Source: Octopus sinensis
Taxonomy: Eukaryota
Length of the DNA stretch: 64,000 nucleotides
Assembly (NCBI RefSeq): GCF_006345805.1
Contig: NC_043000.1
Location: 162,254,001 to 162,318,000, forward strand
Direction: 5' to 3'
The notes under the pieces are model-generated. The model searched no databases, was not told where the DNA came from, and saw only the letters and a program-made list of their open reading frames with translations. A program made the translations under genes and the position numbers. Positions 24,992 through 38,581 of this stretch are shown here, piece after piece; positions within the stretch are counted from its first letter, which is position 1, and every line of letters begins with the position of its first letter.

Positions 24992-25912
24992 AATCGTGTG
25001 TGTAAGTGGGAAGCCGGTGCTGTAGCAACATTCTTTTGCTGAATAATCTGGAGCAACTTTAAATAAAGTGCCTTTTTCCGGGATACAACGCACCATTCAC
25101 TCAAGAGTCCATCTCACGCTTTTATGATCTTAACTTCAATAGCCTAATCATGTCGAAATTTGAGTCACTAAACTTAGCTTGAAGAAGAGACGATGCTTTC
25201 ATGCCATTTTTAATAACTTTAAAATCCCATATCCGCAAATGACCTTCTATACAATGACCGGATATTTAGCCTAAGTGTTTGCAATATAGTGGAATCTGTT
25301 AAACTCACGTAGGCTATTAAGGTGTGCGATAGATTAACTCCATCGCACGAAAACTTGTTAAACCAATCAAACTGGAGTTTTGGCACAATTTCCCTCCGCC
25401 AAATTTCACTTAAAACATTTGGATCACTTGAGAATCTTGTACTATGTTTCATTGACTCCACAAGGCAAAATTAACCTTGGTGAGCTAATGAGGATCGCAC
25501 TCAGAACTATGTGATTACAAAACAAGTCTCTTAACTACGCAGTATGTTTCCGCTCGTTAATTTAGCAGAGACATAATAAGAAGTCGAGGTTGAGAATAGG
25601 GATCACCTCATCATGATATTTCATAAATGCCGAGAATATGACTAAATTTTGGTTCTCCTTTGAAACCATAATTTGTTTGGTTTTAATCAATTGCCGTAAC
25701 TGTTGTGAGGTACCAGCTCCAGAGGTTTCAGTACTTTTTATACAAATACATATATATGTATATAAATGTATACACATATAATTACGCACGCGAATACCTA
25801 CCTACCTACCTGCCTACCTACCTACCTGCCTACCTACCTATGCTTATATAACATATGTATATATATTAATATAGCTACTTATAGGTAGGCATAGTTAAGT
25901 CGATAGTTATGC

Positions 25913-25958
<46 letters not shown>

Positions 25959-25959
25959 T

Positions 25960-26140
25960 TCACCATGATAGATCGCTAGCCCCAAAACACGTTCTTTATT
26001 TTCTCTCCTTGTTTCTTCCTGTGGAAGAGCGTAGGCTCGAAATGTTAAAGACTTTTTCATTTCCCGAGTGTTAAACTAATACATCTGTTTGTTGTCTACA
26101 CCACATGTCGTCTTCTTTTTTTTTCGTGAATTCTCCCCTA
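25960..26140 (+). mobile_element. Short Penelope-like element fragment with decayed hammerhead motif (CUGUGGA core, 26014-26051)
   Basis: CUGUGGA-A-GAGC(GUAG)GCUC-GAAAU-GUU/AAAGA; flanked by (TA)n. Confidence 0.55.
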
Positions 26141-26676
26141 TATATATATATATATATATAGGCATAAGTAAGTAGGTAGGCGTGTATCTATATATGTGTG
26201 TGTGTGTATATATATACAATAGCCGTGACTGTTGTGAGGTACCAGCTCCAGAGGTTTCAGTTCTTTTTATATATATATATATGTATATGTATATGCTGTG
26301 CATGTTTGTATATGTTTCATTCTGTATGTATCGCCTATTTTCGTATTTGAACAGTTCAAGCCTTTCAAAACCATAATCTATGTATTACAGACCCCCTCGA
26401 ACTGAAATTCCTCTAGTCATCAGATTGACGAGCAAAGTTTCGAAATAAATTGCTATGATGACAAAATGAAACTCACTCAATACAAATATGAGCGTACGAA
26501 ACCGTTGACTATCTCTCTGAAATCTTCGTTCTTGTATTGAAGCACAGGTCTTTGATCAACACTCAGAAATACATAAATAATTCTTACGCTTTTCCATATA
26601 ACCAAGTCAAAACTGATACCTATTTTTTTTAGTTTATTTTTGTTGTTCAGCGTGTATATGTATATGTATGCATGAA

Positions 26677-26719
<43 letters not shown>

Positions 26720-27770
26720 TCGGATTGTGTCCAACAAATGAGAGAGGTGTGTTCTCGATGCATGTTTTAGCGGAATGTTCATCTTAAGCCTCGAAACCGT
26801 TAACAGAAAACGTCAGCTTTTTCACATTGATTTTGCCTCAGAATTCTTCATAAGGGTACCATCACCCGGCGAATATAAAGCCACTATTATACTAATAGAA
26901 TGAGAGAGTAGCTCAAATGATCGAACTATTGAATCGCGATTAGTCGACATCGACGGAGGAACCATTGGTATGTGAGCGTTAAATAATTATAAAATGAAAC
27001 AAAAGTACAAATGATAAAACGATATTCTGTTACTGGTTGCAGGCATTGAACTTTGGACCCCTGGGACACCACTTTCACGTGTATATTCGATTATATCGGC
27101 TCCCAATATTAGAAATATAATTATTTTACCAACCGCAGATAGAGGAAAAGTGAATTCGACCTGGGCGGGATCTGAACTTCGAACTTAAGGACATGTAATC
27201 AAATATTACAAATTATTTTGTCGTATGATGTACTGTTTCTGTCATTGACCTCCATTCTGTAGTCAATATAGTAATGTATCCTTTACTAAACACAAAATCG
27301 ATATATTTATAAACATTCGATATGTTGCAGAAAAACAAAATGATAGTTGATTGCTTTGAATTATCGCAAATGTCAGCTCTCTGCCTGTATGTATGTATCT
27401 GTGTATGTATGTGTATGTGTGTATATGAATACGCGTGTGTGTGTGCGTATGTAAATGTGTCGTAACAGCACAATCATTGGAACCTTGGATACAATTGACT
27501 TGCGGCATTGTGTCATCATCAGTGCTCTGAGCTCAAATCTATCTCCGTTTGGCAGAATGAGAGATTGTGTTCTAATCTGCTTCAACTAATCGGGGCCCAG
27601 CAAAAACCTGTTGATACTTTTGGGAAGTCCTTACTCATGGGTACGTCTTTCTGATGATCACATTCCACGTCAGCACACGAGAATGCAAGGGGAAGTTCAT
27701 ATCCTGTACACTCATAGAATAAAGATATATACGTAGAGTACTCTTACATCGGAAAGTGTGGGAGTTTACA

Positions 27771-29025
27771 CAGGGGTTAGACAAAATAATGGAAACATTA
27801 TACATAAACGTACACACACATACACACACAGGACCGCCTTTGACAGTAATTACAATTTGAATTCTACGAGGTATAGACTTGTACAAAGTTTGAATTGTTT
27901 CCAAAGAAATTTTTGTCCATTCTTCAGCTAAAACAGTCTAGTATAGTGGTGATGGTGGAGGCTATCGACTCCTTACTTGTTTTTCTAAAATGCACCATAA
28001 ATATTCAATAATATTGAGATCTAGGGACTGTGGTGGCCAGATAAGCTGTTCAACTTCACTAGAATGTTCTTTGTGCCATTCAGTAACAACTTCAGCTGTG
28101 TGAATTGGTGCATTATCATCCTGAAAGATTGTGTTTCCTTCAGGAAACAGTTCCACAAACATAGAATGAATTTGATCAGAGTAAATGCTTAAATAGTCTT
28201 GACTATTAATTCTGCCATGAAGGGAAACCATTGGGTCGGCAGATTTCCAAGATATAGCCCCCCACCAGAACATCACATATCCTCCTCCACGTTTAACAGT
28301 TGGAAGAAAGCAGTCTGGGTCAAATGCTTCTTTTGGCTATCTCCACACGTATACTCGGCTGGTGATCGGAAATAAAGTAAAGGATGACTCATCCGAGAAA
28401 ATAACATTTTTCAACTGCTCTAGGGACCAATTCTGTAGGCTTTTACTCCACTCAAAACGCTTGCAACGTTTGTTTTTGAAAGTAGTGGTTTTCTGATTGC
28501 AGCCCTCCTGTGAAATCTGGTTTTGTGCAGCTACCGGTGAACAGTTTTTGTGGAAACTAGGTTCTCGAGGTGGTCATTAAGCTCTGCAGTAATTTTGGGA
28601 GTTGTACTTTTGCGATCCTTTCTAACAATTCGCGTAAGGGTCCGACAGTCCTTATCTGAAAGTTTTGGTTTTCTTCCGGAGTTTTGCTTTGATGAGGGGG
28701 TTTTCCCCTCTTTCTCAAAGGCAGTCATTACTTCGTGATACCCCCAAACATTTCAGCTGTTTTCGCTACGCTAGAGCCTGCCATACGAGCACCAATAATT
28801 TGACCTCTTCGAAAGTTCGATAGATCTATTATTTTAATGAATTTTAATTACCTTTTCTGATGATATCTGAAAAGAAACAGCAATTTTAGCAAAATATATT
28901 AAGCAATACTAATAATAAATTAAAAAAAGACAACATAAAAATAAACAAACTTTTGTCGGTGTTATAGAAATTTCAAAATTATGATGCTATGATACTAGGT
29001 GTTTCCATTATTTTGTCAAACCCTG
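27771..29025 (-). mobile_element. Tc1-family DNA transposon, near full length, with disrupted DD34E transposase
   Basis: TIRs CAGGGGTTAGACAAAATAATGGAAACA / GTGTTTCCATTATTTTGTCAAACCCTG(TA). Motifs SGRKPKLS, WGAISW, FQDDNAPIH and WPPQSLDLNIIE (ORFs 28531-28728 and 27962-28276). Confidence 0.92.
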
Positions 29026-29104
29026 TATATGTTAAGTCTTATGATTATGTAGGTACTAATTCGAAATATTGTGTTTAGCATACAATAACGTTACATTATT
29101 ATAA

Positions 29105-29330
29105 ACTGGTATTCCATCGGCCACGACAAAGATTGTCCCAATTGATCCGATCAACGAAACATCCTGCTTGTGAAATTAACGTGCAAGTGGCTAAGCATTC
29201 CACGAACACGTATGCCCTCAACGCAATTCTCAGAAAGATTTAGCGTGACACAGAATGTGACGAAGCTGGCACCCTGAATTCAAATACAACTCATTTTTGC
29301 CAGCTGAGTGTAGTGGAACAATATGAAACA
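29105..29330 (-). mobile_element. SINE family C, 3' part
   Basis: Matches 43350-43560 (GAAATTAACGTGCAAGTGGCT..., ACTCATTTTTGCCAGCTGAGTG). Confidence 0.75.
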
Positions 29331-29461
29331 ATTTAATATATGATTCAGAATAGTAATAGTAGATAATAATTTTGATAAAATTTAACATTATATATCTCTA
29401 TCATAGATAATGTCGCTCAATGTTGATTGAGTTGCTTGAAGGTGGTTCTGTCTCTTAAACG

Positions 29462-29576
<115 letters not shown>

Positions 29577-29868
29577 ACACGATCGCTGATAATAGCTGTA
29601 TTTCCAATATGTACGGCCAGACACACTGGCAGGAGAGTTGTGATAACAGATAGATCGCCATGTTTAATGAAATTAATGTGGCTCACGGCTTCTTAAACTT
29701 GTTCTTCATCATGACGAAAAGAATATGGATGCAAAATCAATACTGGTCTCTAATCAATAAAGTGGAGGAAGGGGTGCCATATATTTTGGTAGGGTGTATT
29801 TATCAATTTGAACCATATTCTGTATCATTGACAACGCTTATATTAGTCATTACAATATAATATCATAA

Positions 29869-31533
29869 CACTGGTCAACACGATTTTTGGTGCCAAGAAA
29901 CAAAATACGTTTTTTTTAGCTAATGTGATGGTGCTGATTCCGAAAATGATCTTAGTTTTTCATTGTTAGCTACCGTGTACTGAAATAGCTCATTTTTGGA
30001 AAAAAGATCAATTTACGATATTGACTGATCGCAAAATTTAGTTTAAAAAGGTAGTAGAAACCCATGAATTTTTAGGTAGGCTGAGCAATTTATGTCAGCC
30101 ACCTGAAATAAACTATTTTTATAAGAAAAAAGTATTTTTGAGTCAAACCTTTTAAAATAGAAGTACCGAATTTTCCAATTTATTGCCAAAATTCAAATTA
30201 ACTGATAAACTTTATTAGTAATATACTTTAGTAAACACAAATAAGTGTCCACAAATACGATCCTGATGAATGGAGATTGTTCATCGATAGTTCAAAACGT
30301 AGTTTTAAATGTGTTTAATCCATAATACCAACATGTATGCACCAATACCGATAGGTCATTCAACAACATTGAAAAAAATAAATGATGCCATCAAACAGGT
30401 TATGGAACAGATTGACTACACCAAACATAAATGGGTGGTCGATTTGAAAATGGTAAATTTCCTGCTTGAGAGGAGCACTGGAAAAGGATAGATTGGCCAT
30501 CCCGAGAGTTGAAGGTTAGAGGAAAGACCATTATTAGTGTAGCGCTAGTTCCGAGAGAAAAAATCATCTTCCCTCCTTTGCATAACAAATTGGGATTAAT
30601 GAAATATTTTGTAAAATTACTCAACAAAGAAAGTAAACGTTTTGAGTATATATGTAAATCGTTTCCAGGACTTAGCACCAAAAAACTCAAAGCAGGAGCG
30701 TTTGACGGTCCTGATATCAGGAAACTCATTAAGGATGATGTATTTGTTAATCCAATGAATGACGTGGAATTACCCGCTTTGACATCGTTTGTTGACATGG
30801 TGAAAAACTTCTTAGGCAATTACTGGGTCGAAAACTACAAGGAGTTTGTGGAAAAGCTGCTGAAAAGTCTACAGGACATAGGCGCTACTATAAGCATTAA
30901 GGTTCATTTTTTACATAGCTATCTAGGTAAATTTCCATATGATTGCGACGATGTGAGTGATGAGCAAGGAAAACGATTCCATCAGGATATCAAAACAATG
31001 GAAGAGCGCTACCAGGGATGGTGGGACAAACGAATGATGGTTGACTACTGCTGGGGTACCAAAAGGGACTTAGATAATATTGAACATGACTGACAATCAA
31101 GAAAGAGAAAAATTTTACCATAGGTCTTATGTTCACGAAGGTTTTATTTCTGCTGTTAGTTTATCTAATGATTTAATGAAAATACTTGTTGGTCTTGGTA
31201 TATTCAATTGTGTTATTTTTAAAGACTTAGGGTCTGGTTGTTATTGCAAAAATAGCATTCCTCAATGAGCAGACCAATATTTGTTGGTTTAAATCCGAAT
31301 TGAGAGGTTTCTACGATTTTATTTTGAGAAATATTGCTATCGATCAATATCAAATATACAGAAGGAAACAAATGAAAAAAACGCCTCCCTCCACCCCAAA
31401 AAATGAAGCATTTCTGGACAGCAAAAACGGTAGCTAAGCAAGAAAAAGTAAGGTCATTTTCAGATTCAGCGCCCTCAAATTAGCTAAAAGAGAGGTTTAG
31501 TGTCTCGACACCATTTCATAATTGTTCTTGATG
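29869..31533 (+). mobile_element. CMC/Chapaev3-like DNA transposon, internally deleted, transposase C-terminal half
   Basis: Starts CACTGG; long imperfect TIRs (TTTTAGCTAAT.TGA.G..GCTGA.TC.GAAAATGA). Motifs PDEWRLFIDSSK, PPLHNKLGLMK, GPDIRKL, KVHFLHS and SDEQGKRFHQDIKTMEERYQG...DYCW (ORF 30509-31093). Superfamily call is from motif recall and needs HMM confirmation. Confidence 0.75.
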
Positions 31534-31614
31534 ACTAATGTAAATTAGCTCGTAGTTAATCAATGATGTTGCAGAACTTAATGAAAAATAATTGAATTAA
31601 TATATTTTTAAAAT

Positions 31615-31800
31615 CTTTTACTTGTTTCAGTCATTTGACTCCGGTCATACTGGAGCACCGCCTTTAGTCGAACAAATTGACCCGAGGACTTATTCTTTGT
31701 AAGTCTAGTACTTATTCTATCCGTCTTTTTTGCCAAACTGTTAAGTTTCGGGGACGGAAACACATCAACATCAGTTGTCAAGCGATGGCAGGGAGACACA
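31615..31800 (-). mobile_element. SINE family A, 3' half
   Basis: CTTGTTTCAGTCATTTGACT...GGAGCACCGCCTTTAGTCGA...GACTTATTCTTTGTAAG. Confidence 0.88.
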
Positions 31801-31804
31801 CGCG

Positions 31805-33600
31805 TGTGCGATTTAAATGATTTGCTCAATGCTTTAAGTAAACACGAACAACCAGCAGCAGCACATTATGAAAGCCAAATATCATTGAAAATATTTGGCT
31901 CTACACAAATCGACTTGCTCTTAGATAAACAGATGCCTGTCGGCATTGAAGTTCCCAATAAAAAGGTTAAAGAGAACGGAGCTATATCAAAAAGATTGAT
32001 TTATGCTACTTGTTTCTTAATTAAACAGGAACTTGCTTTTCGCGGAGATAATGAACAGAAATAATCGTTAAATCGCGGAAACTATGTTGAGTTACTGAAC
32101 TATACAGCAAAATTTGATGACAAATTGGCACAACATTTACAGAATTCATCGTCTTTTTTTCTGCTTTTTTTTCTAATAAGATACAAAATAACTTGATAGA
32201 AACTGTAGGTACGATCGTAGAAAATAATATTAAAGAAGTTGCACAAGCCTCGTCCATTGCCATAGAATTGGATGAAACAACAAATATTTCATGTACAGCT
32301 CAGTGTTCTACAGTATTGAGGTGCGTGTTGGACACTCATAACAAAGAAGTCTATATAGGATTTGACATTCTTAAGGACAGAACTGTTGGAGGTGTAACAG
32401 TGTATATTTAATAATTAAGATTGATTCGACTGTTGCGAGAAACTTGTAGCACAGACGTATGATGGGGTAATAGTGATGGCATCCAATTTAAATAGTGTTC
32501 AAGTTAAAGTGTGAGAAAAGGCAACAATAGCTGTATTTACTCACTACTATACTCATTAATTAAATTTTGTTCTATTTCTGCCAGCAAAATTCATACCTAG
32601 ACGTACAAGCTTTTTCGAGACCAGTGAGACATTTGCCTCATTTTTCCATCACTCTACGAAACGAACGCAACTTCTTGATAGTGAGATAGTGAGAAAACGC
32701 ATTTCAAAGGCAGCGCCAACGAAATGGACTTCGAATTCAAAACTAATCCAGACAATTTTACAATACTATGGTGACCTTTGAAAACTCTTCAGCAGTATGA
32801 GCAATAATCCTATATAGTGCGATCCAGATACTTTAATGAGAAGCAATGGGGGTTTTATGAGAGGCTAACAAAAGACTCAACATACTTTTCTCTGATGATT
32901 TATAATGATTTTCATTAAAACTGACACACTTTTTGATGTCCTACAAATCAAAATTTCATACTTCATTAAGACAATTAATGGAATAATAAATTTACTTGAG
33001 AATCTAGACAAAAGTTTCGCAGATTTGTATGTAAACTTTGAAAAGAAAATAACTTAACTAAATCAAAATCTCATACGAAAGGTTCAATTAAAGAAGAAAA
33101 AAATGGGAATATTTGGTGTAATTTTGGATGACATACGGAAGAACGCAAAATCAAGATTTACTAATTTCAAAAACTTAAAGTTCATTTCATAAGTTCATGA
33201 ACATAAATGTTCAAATCTTGCCTGCTAAGTTGATAAGTATGCATTTGAAAGTTTAGAAAAGAACTGTGGAAACGTTTTCGACATCATGTGCGCACTGTGG
33301 ACCGGTTTGACGTTTCCAGGCGTCTCCGATATCTGAACTCTCGGCCCTTTCAAAATAAATTCAAGCAAATTTTCAATAAATATGTGTTATCAATAACAAG
33401 GATGCTGTTTCGCTACCAATCAACTACGAATGTAATATTACTTGATATTATCAACACTAACGAATGTACGTATCCAATGTTACACATCCTATGCTAGGTA
33501 ACATTGAAGTATACAGTAATCAAGGGAGATAAATCCTGCAAGAACAGAATTTTCTAACATCAGAGAACGGACAAATAGAGACATTAAAAGACTCTGCCAA
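31805..33600 (+). pseudogene. hAT-superfamily transposase remnant (ZMYM1-like, DUF4371 type)
   Basis: KQELAFRG, NRGNYVELL, SNKIQNNLIE, IELDETTNIS and VAQTYDG motifs across ORFs 31804-32064 and 32193-32411 and later frames; many stops, no TIR seen. Confidence 0.75.
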
Positions 33601-33771
33601 TTATGTAACAGATATTATAATTTCTCTCATATTTAATTATGGTAATTTATTTTATCGACACCGAACGAATGAGAGGAAGAGTTGATATCAGCGGGATTTG
33701 AAGTCTGGATGTAACGCGCCAGAAGAAGCATTTTTACCAGAACCCACGATTCTGTCAATCCATCGTCCTAC

Positions 33772-34158
33772 ATACTCTTTACTCTTTTTTACTCTTTTAC
33801 TTGTTTCAGTCATTTAACTGCGGCCATGCTGGATCACCGCCTTTAGTCGAGCAAATCGACCCCGGGACTTATTCTATCGGTCTCTTTTGCCGAACCGTTA
33901 GGTGACGGGGACGTAAACACACCAGCATCGGTTGTCAAGCAATGCTAGGGGGACAAACACAGACACACAAACACACACACACATATGTATATATATATAC
34001 ATATATACGACAGGCTTCTTTCAGTTTCCGTCAACCAAATCCACTCAGAAGGCATTGGTCGGCACGGGGCTATAGCAGAAGACACTTGCCCAAGATGCCA
34101 CGCAGTGGGACTGAACCCGGAACCATGTGGTTGGTTAGCAAGCTACTTACCACACAAC
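33772..34158 (-). mobile_element. SINE family A, well preserved
   Basis: Near-identical to 9878-10288 with short internal differences. Confidence 0.92.
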
Positions 34159-34254
34159 CAATTCATAATGCAAATATGTACATTTGTCCACATTTTGTAT
34201 TATATAATTTATGTCATTATATGCATGTATATTTGATATCATCAGTATCACATG

Positions 34255-34410
34255 TGGAGATGCGTGGTTTGGTGGTTAGATTATTATACTCATGATCGTA
34301 AGATTGTGATTTCAATTCCTGGATCGGATGATGCGTTCTGTTTTTGAGCAAAACACTTCATTTCACGTTACTCCAGTCCACTCAGCTGGAAAAAATGACG
34401 GACTGACGTG
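34255..34410 (+). mobile_element. SINE family C, 5' part
   Basis: GCGTGGTTTGGTGGTTAG...ACTCATGATCGTAAG...ATTTCACGTTACTCCAGTCCACTCAGCTGG. Confidence 0.8.
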
Positions 34411-35409
34411 CCTCCAAGAGGGAGATGTAAACACCACAGAATCCAGAAACCCGGCGGTATGACACAGAACGGTGTTTATCTCTTTCTGTTTTTTTTTCCA
34501 TCAATATCACAGTGGTGACAAGTTCACTGCTTGGATCTGAATTTGCATGTTCTGCATAGACACCTTGAAAAATCAAACGAAATTAAATTACTGACAAATA
34601 ATTCCTACCAGATACATGGATGACATACTTACTCTTTTATTCAAATAAGAAAATATAGATAAAGAAATAAAATTGTCTGTAAATAACTATAATCTTCAGA
34701 TTAATATCGATAAGAATTCAAGTGTCTCTTCGTACTATGAAATCAATAAATTCATCAATAATTATCTATAGGTGTCTTAATAAACTCAATATCTACATAA
34801 GTGTGAAATATCAATTATACACTCCTTAGTACGAAGAATTTGCAAAACGTAATTAATGATATAACAGAGACGGTGACGACAGAGAAACAATAGGTATTCA
34901 ATAACAGATATACCCATAATGAAGTAGTTCAAATCATAGAACAATACAGCAATAGTTTATACATTGTAAATACGTACAGAGAAGAGTGTTATAGCCTTGG
35001 CCAAAAGTATTAGGCCACTCCATTGTTTTAGGGTTCTTTTGGTATCCGTAACTTTTCCGTAACTTTGGTATCCGTATATTTCTTTTCGTATCCGTAACTT
35101 TTTGGTAATGCAGGGAATTCACTTTCCGAAACATCAGAAACGTTATCAAAAATTAAACTTTCAATCTTCCTCGTATACCGCTCGGTCGATGAATCTTCAC
35201 ACGACTAAAACACACTTTTTCGGCATCTTGCCGGCAATTAACGTTTTCACTCACAGGGGAAAACTATAGATAGCTTTCGAAAGAAAACTATAATGCAATT
35301 TTTAAACAATAAGTCCAACAATAGGCACAACAAGAGATATAACGATACAACGATCAAGAGAAACTTACTTTACGAACAGACTCCAACAATAAATTTTCAA
35401 TAACAGACA

Positions 35410-35651
35410 GACGAAATACCAATTTCTTTACTACCCACAAGGGGCTAAACACAGAGAGGACAAACAAGGACAGACAAACGGATTAAGTCGATTATATCGT
35501 CCCCAGTGCGTAACTGCTACTTTATTTATCGACCCTGAAAGGATGACAGGTAAAGTCGACCTCGGTGGAATGTGAACTCAGAACGTAACGACAGACGAAA
35601 TACGGCTACGCATTTCGCCCGGCGTGCTAACGTTTCTGCCAGCTCGCCGCC
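35410..35651 (-). mobile_element. SINE family B, well preserved
   Basis: Minus strand GGCGGCGAGCTGGCAGAAACGTTAGC...GTTCTGAGTTCACATTCC...GTAAAGAAATTGGTATTTCGTC. Confidence 0.9.
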
Positions 35652-37524
35652 TTAATTATATTACAATATTATCTTGCATTAATGTTAGTTCATAAAACAT
35701 GCAGAATTAACATGCACCAAACCAAATAATCTTCTGCGAATTTAATTTACAAATTAGAGTCGTGGTTTAGCAAAATCAGAATAAATGCTGCAATATTTGT
35801 TGTGGGTATTTATATTGTGAATTCGAATCCCCACTGAAGTACCCTTTGTTTTACATCGTTCTCAGATCGGTAAACGAAGAAAAAAAATTAATTTTCAAAT
35901 TTATAATATCAAATTTGAAAGTTGTAAATATAATGGGTTTGAACTGTTATATCGGCCATACAGATACCGCATTTCCCCACTGGTTCACTATGCTTCTACA
36001 ACGAGTCAATGTAACCCATTATATTGTACAGCACAAAAGACAACTTAGTGGAAAGGCATTAGTAGAGGACAACTATTTTGCATGAAATTTCGAAAAGATC
36101 AGAATATTTGGGACGCCGTGTTAATCAAAGCTGATGCAAACGTAATGCAAATATAATGCCGAAGTAATACAGGGAACATGTAGTAAATAACTAACATCAC
36201 GAAAGAAGTGAGAGTCTCCGTGGTTACTTGACCATCTTGAAATACTAGATAAATTTCCTTTGCATCATCCCCGAGCAATAAAGAAATGGATGAGCAAAAT
36301 CGATAGAATATCGAAAAATACCTTGCAGTATTTGTTTCAGCGTTTTAGGTTTTGATTTCATGTCCTGCTGAGATCAATATTGCATTTTGTCCCTCTGGGG
36401 TCGACAATATATAATACCAATCAAATAGTGACACCGACACTATTGGCTAACATTTACTCCCGAAAATTGAAACCCTGTTCCTGTGATAGAAGTAAGTATT
36501 CCAATTATTCCAAGGCAGCTTAAGAATAGGATGACACTTCAGTTGATATTAACATCAATGCACAATATCTGGAAAATGAGATGGTCACGGCAGGACTCCG
36601 TTTGTTCGTAAATTTCTTCAATCAGGCTTGATCTGAGTTTGAACAACAGCTGTTAACATCATTCTCGAAGATGAAATCAATTTTCTGACAGCAAGTTCTA
36701 GTGAAAACACGCAAAATCAATGTTTCAATGAATTTTGCCTTAAATAAAACAGTAATATCACCAGTCGCAAAAAGTGTTCATTACAGAATCTGGAATCAGA
36801 AAGGGCTGCATAGATAGGACCGCGTAAATTAAATGTTTCTAATAAATCTAATAAAGACTGGCACAGAAATATGAGAAATCCTGAACAAAAGAAGACTTTA
36901 GAAAAACTGACGCTGTTTTGCAATCACACAATTCTTTCTCTATCACTCTTTCTCTCCTTCTCCTCTCTCATTTCCATCTACTCACCTTCTTTTACTTCTT
37001 GGTCTCTGTGTGTATGAGATGTATGCGTGTGTGTGTGTATGTATGTATGTATGTATGTATGTATGTATGTATGTATGTATGTATGTATGTATGTATGTAC
37101 GTATGTACGTATGTATGAATGTTGGTATGTGTACATACAAATATATAAATATATATATTTGTCCAAAACCAAGCAGAAAGAGTAGGATGAAGAGTAGTAT
37201 AAGTGAAAGGAGAGGAGAGAAAATAGTAATTTAGTGAAGGAGAGTAGTGAGAGTAATAGCCCTGACTGAGAGAAAGTGAGAGAAAGTAATAACAATGATA
37301 TATATATATATATATATATAAAAAGGAAATGAAGAAAATGCTGACAAATAATTGAAGTAATTAAAGTAATTTAATTAGGTGAAAGTTCTTTTTACCGGTT
37401 GCGCATTTGTTATGCTTATCAAAATATAAAAGATAGATTAGAGTTCCTTTCTTATAGAATTTTTCCTCTTATCTATATACATATAGAATTTCTTATAGAA
37501 TTTTTCCTCTTATATATATACATA

Positions 37525-37711
37525 TATGCATATATTTGAGTGTTTGTGTCTGTGTTTGTCGCCCCCACCATCGCCTGACAACCGGCAAAAAGAAACGATA
37601 GAATAAGTACAAGGCTTGCAAAGAATAAGTCTAGGGTCGCTTTCTTCAACTAAAAGTCGGTGCTCCACCATGGCCACAGTCAAAATGACTGAAACAAGTA
37701 AAATAATAAAC

Positions 37712-37712
<1 letters not shown>
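37525..37712 (+). mobile_element. SINE family A, 3' half
   Basis: GATAGAATAAGTAC...CATGGCCACAGTCAAAATGACTGAAACAAGTAAAA. Confidence 0.8.
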
Positions 37713-37758
<46 letters not shown>

Positions 37759-38070
37759 GAAGGTTGAAAAGGAACACACGAGTTGATATATATGGAAAAA
37801 ATGTCAAGGTAGAAAATGCTAAAATAATTTTATAAAACACATTTCAGTACCGGTTTCAGTCATTGAGACTTTTTCAACAGCAAGTATGGAAAACAACTGA
37901 ATTTTGGAAAAATTAAGAGAAAAGTTTTCTAAATGAATATTTGCATAGTTTTCAAATACAAGTGGCATTTTCCTTGTTTCTGCCTGTTTCTGTCTCTCTT
38001 GTTTACTCTGGTGGGTATCTCTCTCCCTCTCTCTTTCTCTACCCCCTCTCTCTCTCTCTCTCGCTATCTA

Positions 38071-38118
<48 letters not shown>

Positions 38119-38134
38119 TCTATTTATATATATA

Positions 38135-38350
38135 TATTTGTGTTTGTGTCTATGTTCGTTGTCCATCATTGCTTAACAACCGAATTTGGTGAGTTTTCGT
38201 CCCCGTAACTTAGCGTTTCGGGAAAGGAAACCGATAGAATATGTGCCAGGCTTGCAAAGAATAAGTCCAGAGGTCAATTTGTTTGACTAAAATGCGTTGC
38301 TCCAGCATGGCTACAGTAAAAGTGACTGAAAGAAGTAAAAGAGTAAAAGA
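38135..38350 (+). mobile_element. SINE family A, 3' half
   Basis: CCCCGTAACTTAGCG...CTCCAGCATGGCT...GTAAAAGAGTAAAAGA. Confidence 0.8.
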
Positions 38351-38549
38351 ATACTGACGCACTGTTGAACAAGCAGAGACACACAGACACACACACGCGC
38401 GTGTGCATACGTAAATAGAAGAACTATTAGAATACTGAAAGAAGCAGAATTGGTGATATCTTTTCTTGTACGAGATATCTATCGGATTGAATTGTGAAGT
38501 CTTATCAATGTGTTAATTGAATAATAACAAGAATAACACGCGCGCACAG

Positions 38550-38581
<32 letters not shown>

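Noticed and set aside
34990-35110. Tc1-like end (GCCTTGGCCAAAAGTATTAGG) with short GTATCCGTAACTT repeats
   Set aside because: No matching opposite TIR or coding remnant found, so element boundaries cannot be supported.
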